Program-made: the position numbers and the translations under genes
Shown: positions 59,420 to 64,000 of the stretch, one piece after another
Numbering within the stretch: the stretch's first letter is position 1
Layout of the letters: the number at the start of each line of letters is the position of its first letter
Origin: Anthoceros angustus
Taxonomy: Eukaryota > Plantae > Anthocerotophyta
Reading direction: 5' to 3'
Assembly (NCBI GenBank): GCA_010909165.1
Contig: MU008199.1
Location: 390,248-454,247, forward strand
DNA: 64,000 bases
The notes under the pieces: generated by a model
The model's input: the letters and a program-made list of their open reading frames with translations, nothing else
The model's database searches: none
What the model was told of the DNA's origin: nothing

Positions 59420-59900
59420 AGCGGTGAAACACTGAGCAGCAAGTATCCAGAGCTTCTTTGCTATTGGCCAGCGGTTTTCATTTGTGTGTAGAGCCGCAAA
59501 GACCTCGCATCCTGCTGCTGCTGAGTATTTCCGGCTATGTATTCCAGAAAAGGACATCCCGCTGCGGCACTTTGTTGATCGCCTGCTGTGCATCCACCAT
59601 GCTCCCACACTTTGCGTACGTGTCAACCAGTGCGCTCCCCATAAGAGTATCCAGCTCATAGCCATCCACAAGCACTGGATCTTCCATCGCTGATAAACTG
59701 CCACAACATCTTGATGCGGTGGAAAACGTCCAACTTGTGTGGGTTCTAACCGTCCACTAGCTTGCACACAATTGCAAAGCGAGCTTTACCCCGCTCATCC
59801 TGAGCGTACCCGGATATGATTGCGTCCTTGGATATGATTGCGTCCTTGACACCATATTTCTAGGTTTCCGGCATGTATCGGGCATCCCGCAGGCACCCAC
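59420..59900 (-). pseudogene. PLS-PPR pseudogene fragment
   Basis: One frame reads GYELDTLMGSALVDTYAKCGSMVDAQQAINKVPQRDVLFWNT* with stops and frameshifts on both sides. Confidence 0.75.
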
Positions 59901-60414
59901 ATTTTGCTTGCCTTCTAGATCAAAACCGTTTACTGAGATGGCAACAAGCAGCGTTTTCACCTGATGAGGAAGGATAGCGTTGCCACCAGCCAGACCTGTG
60001 ACCTGGTGCAGCCGCCACTACCACACGACGTTCTGCACTCCTGAGGGAAGGCTATGTTTCCTGAGGCAAGGGCTCAACATACCCTTCCCTGCAGCATCAA
60101 GGGCATCCGGGCAGTATTGCTGCTTCAAAAATGTGTAGGTCGGCCCATTGCAGCGCATCAGAAGCTGGATAGAGCACGTCGGGTAACGATGTACCTTTTG
60201 AGGTCAGTCCCCTTCCAACCAAGTACGTTGCAGGCTACGTGATCTCCGTGTGCCACCGACGCTCTCCAGTACCACTCCTTGAAGGAATCTGGTCCAGAAA
60301 CGTCTCACGAGCAAAGCGCCAGCTGCAGTCCGGCACCGGGAATCGGAGGTGTGGGTATTTGCAATGGAATAAACATAAGCCTTGCGGCTTCAGCTCTTGT
60401 CTTCCTGCACAGGC

Positions 60415-61524
60415 ATGGCTGCAAATCTGCTGGCACGCAATGGCCATACCAACGTTCTTCTCCGTTCCCGTGCTGGAGGATCTGCCGCAACCACCCCGCA
60501 CCAGGAGGTGCGGCGCCAGGCGGCGAGGGCTTTGGTGCAGTCCCAGAGCAAGCAGTTGCGGCTGCCGCCTCTCACACTGGTCACCCAGCAGGCAGCGGTG
60601 GACGTGCAAGAGCTGAGTGCCTTGCTAGCTGCCACCAGCCAGAACTGTGACATGTTTCCCAGGCTCTCCAGTGAGGTGCACCCGCAATCCTGCATTCTGC
60701 CGTGCTCAGGAGTGGCTTCTGACCAACCCTGCCCTCTCAGGACGGCGCTTTGAGAAATGTGGATGCGGTGAAACTGCGCCGCGCTCTGCAGCACAGCACC
60801 GTGGTGATGGCGATGTATGTCAAAGGACCGATCCCCGATGACTACATGCAGAGGGACTGGCAGGCAGAAGGGCGTCCGGCCACTCAAGGGTGGATGGAAC
60901 CTTGGTTGCCATCCATTTCCTCCAACCGATCCTTGGTCGGCTTCGGCCGTGCCACATCCGATCGGGCCCTCACTGCATCCGTCTACGACCTTGCTGTACG
61001 TACACTGGTGTTCTGCGCAGTTCTTTCATCCTGCCTGGTCTGACTGCTAATGTTGCGTAGCCAGGAGCTTGATCTGGTGGCGTGAACGCTCTCCAGGTCG
61101 CACCTTCGTTTCAGCGGATGGGAATCGGAAAACGGATTCTTGAGCGAATCGTGAGGTAAGCATTCTCTTTTGCTGGCCGGAATTCCTTCCAGGCAAAAGC
61201 TTCACAGCTGTGTGATTTCTATGTAGGGATCTTCTTCGGATGGGAATTTCAGACATTGCGGTGCTATCGACAGACGAGCTGAGGTCCGTTTTGGCCGTAG
61301 CTTATGCCTAGATGGGAAACAACAGCATCATTGTCCATTGATGTGCTTGGAAGCTAAAACTGCATTCTGCATTATCCGGTGACAGACCCTTCTTCATATC
61401 TTGCGGCTTCGGGGATGACTTCCTAGGTTCGACAGCTATGGCTTTTACTCGAGCTAATCAAATGAGAAACTTGGGTGGGAGCGCATGGAAGCTTTCTTCT
61501 TCGGTTTCCAGCAACACCAAATGA
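60415..61524 (+). CDS. Plastid GCN5-related N-acetyltransferase (At4g19985/GNAT3-like), multi-exon
   Basis: Transit-like start, then VDAVKLRRALQHS..LVGFGRATSDRALTASVYDLAV / VAPSFQRMGIGKRILERIV (acetyl-CoA motif QxxGxG) / ISDIAVL / PFFISCGFGDDFLGSTAMAF. Confidence 0.88.
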
Positions 61525-61672
61525 GCATACCAAAGGGATTGGAGCTTTTCTTCTTGGGTTTCCAGCAGCACCTAATGAGCATATCAAAGGGATTGGATCC
61601 ATCTTCTTCGATTTCCAGCAACACCAAATGAGCACACCAAACGGATTGAATCTTTGCTTCGATTTCCAGCAT
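61486..61672. repeat. ~54-bp tandem repeat x3.5 spanning the GNAT stop codon
   Basis: tcttctt.g.tttccagca.cacc.aatgagca.a.caaa.ggattg repeated. Confidence 0.85.
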
Positions 61673-62865
61673 GCTCGTTTGAGGATACAAAGCTAATGGC
61701 ACCCAATGACCGAACTCTGTCCCTCTGACAGGTGGGCTTGGGAATCTGGCACTGGTCACTGAAGAACCTCTCCGCACCCTTTTGGAAACACGGAACCAGT
61801 GCCCTGGAATGCATGTGAAGAGACAACAAGGACAAAAAGAGATGCAGCAGCAAACCTTCCAAATGGTCTCCTTGCACGTTCCGTTTACCAGCTTCCCTGT
61901 AGAACTGTAAAGCACAGACACCAGACCGACTTGGCTATGGGTTCCCCGAGCCCGTGAAGCCAACACGTTTGGGTGGTACGTAGCTTCGAAAATAAAATGA
62001 AAGCTGCGACAGCACAGTCCACATGCCGTGCACTCCCGAGACAGACGGGATGCCGACCACACAATCTTCCCCTACGGCATCCAAAACCAATAAAAGTATT
62101 TGCCTCGTTTTCGGCATGCTTGTGTCACTGTACAGAGGGGAACTCGCGATATACGCACTTCCCAACAGGTGATGAAATTCCCAGAATTGCTGATGGCTGC
62201 AACCGGTTCAGGTACTAGTGGTGGCGGCTACGCATCTCCCGAAGTTCTGGCGCTCTTTTGAGTCATTTGACCATCGTCCAGCGGGTAGGTACTGACCGAC
62301 CGTGGGAGCCCAGTCTTCAGAGGTCAAGGAACAAACCGGGGTGTTTTGATTGGTCTGAGTGACACCTACAGACAGAATCAGCAGATTCGAGCTTGTTGCG
62401 GGCGGGATTAGCTTGATTGACTGGATTCCTGGTAGCCGGCGGTTGCTGGAAGCAACAGCTCTACATACAGCCAGTGCCTGGCCGTTCTGTCGGTTTGCCT
62501 TACCACTTGAGGCGGATTCCTCCAGGGCTGTCAAATTCCTCAGTCCCGTGGCGTTCGATGTACACATAAATCTGGGCACTGTCAGTGGTGACATGACATG
62601 ACAGCGATGATTTAAAAGTGTGATGTAAGCTTTCCGTAAAAGACTGGGCACCCGGATCGCTTTTGGCCTGTAGCTGGGTACCCGGGAGTGAGCTGTGGGA
62701 GGCCATCGCTGTGCAGTTCCCAAGCAGCTGGAACAAAAGGCTTCCCCCCCACTTTCCTGTCCGCATGAAGGGATCTATATTGTGGAGCTGGGTTGCAGCT
62801 CTCTCAGCAGCTGTATGCTGAGAGAGCTTTTGGAGACGAGGTCCTGAGCGTGCCCACTGCCCAGC

Positions 62866-63860
62866 ATGGGTGCTGCGGAGGAGCACGCTGAGAGTGCGCA
62901 GACCGCTGCGCTGGTTGAGGAGCTGCCGCCCAGTGTGGATGTGGAGGACCAGAATGTCAACTATGAGCATGTTGCGGTCAAGTATGGGCCCGCAACAGCC
63001 TTGTTCAACAAGTTCATCTGGCACGGAGGGTCTGTGTACGACGCCTGGTTGAATGCAGTCTCTGCCCAGGTGAAGATTTCAATCAGCCCACGAGCGTTGG
63101 GAATTGTTGGGAGTGAGTCATTGATGTTTGTCCGACCGTTCTTGTGCTTGGCTGAGATCTGGTGGAATGGGTGATGCAGGTCGGGCAGGTCATTCTAACC
63201 ATGCCAACATCCTACTCCCAGATGGGCTTTGGGTTGGGCATTTTCATTCACCTCCTGTACGCAAGCTTGGGCACCTGGACCTGCTACTTGCTGGCTGCTT
63301 TGTATGTTGAATACCGAGCCCGCCGAGAGAAAGGAGGTGACGTCTTCAGACGTCATGTCATCCAGGTGATTTAGAAAAGCTCCATTTCATTATCTGCTGA
63401 TCCCGCTGTTTGTGGATTTGTTTTTGCACTGACCTGTAGCCGATTGTTCCTGTCATGTGTCCCCGGCCAGTATCATGAGGTGATGGGGTATCTGATAGGA
63501 CCGTGGGGAAAGAGGGCTGCCCTCTTCTTTAACATCTGTTCCATGGGGTCCATCGCTGTAGTTCAGATCATTGCCTGTGCAAGGTACAAGATGTCCGTTT
63601 TCAAGTTCATGAACTCCGAAGCAATTAGTTATAAGCAGAAGGAGTCTGAGAGTGTGTTGGTCGGTCTGTTCAGTGATGTGTACTATCTGAATCCTCACCT
63701 GAACAAGCGACAATGGGCTCTCATTTTCGGAGCCATGGGACTCTTCACCGTTTTCATCCCCACAATCCACAACTTCAGAATCTGGGCTATAGTCGGTGTG
63801 ATCACCACCACTTACACAGCCTGGTATATGACCATTGCTTCCCTGAAAGCAGGGCAGGTG
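62866..63860 (+). CDS. AUX1/LAX-family amino acid/auxin permease, divergent; 3' part beyond the window
   Basis: WHGGSVYDAWLNAVSAQ / VGQVILTMPTSYSQMG..YVEYR..FRRHVIQ / YHEVMGYL..VQIIACA / SDVYYLN..KRQWALIFGA..TVFIPTIHNFRIW..TTYTAWY. Exon junctions fall at AUX1-typical positions. Confidence 0.92.
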
Positions 63861-64000
63861 AGACGTCCGCATCATATGTTCCATGACGAATGCGTCTGCT
63901 GATCACGGCGGGTCTGAAAGAGCAGGCGCTCCACCGCATTCGCAGGCTCCCGGAGTGAAGCACTCGGCACCGCAGAATCTGCACCTCTTCTTCACAGGCA

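Noticed and set aside
61584-62800. ORFs between GNAT and LAX
   Set aside because: No recognisable domains or consistent splice structure, and partly repeat-derived.

Overview
Gene-dense window from a non-seed land plant. Short introns, PLS-PPR genes, GC-rich exons and probable cilia-related genes suggest a hornwort- or bryophyte-like genome (inference). Recognisable genes, left to right: CoaD/PPAT, a small plastid-type protein, an IQCE-like coiled-coil protein, intronless mitochondrial ACP, a DnaJ-like Zn-finger protein, a PLS-E+ PPR, RUS6-like, QSOX, a BC10/GT14-like glycosyltransferase, tRNA-Cys, U2 and U1 snRNAs, an intronless Pol-beta-type nucleotidyltransferase of probable non-plant origin, a PSK-like peptide precursor, an At5g39450-like F-box protein, a PPO KFDV-only protein, a large coiled-coil protein, UBR7, a class I formin, a plastid GNAT and a divergent AUX1/LAX (truncated by the window end). 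There are also Ty3/gypsy remnants. The 30-40 kb interval is an unusual accessory island: a scrambled mosaic of fragments copied from neighbouring genes, a decayed CRTAC1/FG-GAP-like gene, the small-RNA genes and the foreign-looking NTase directly behind U1. Several GC-rich genes carry single-base homopolymer deletions that look like long-read assembly errors. All family assignments come from motif recognition, not database searches.
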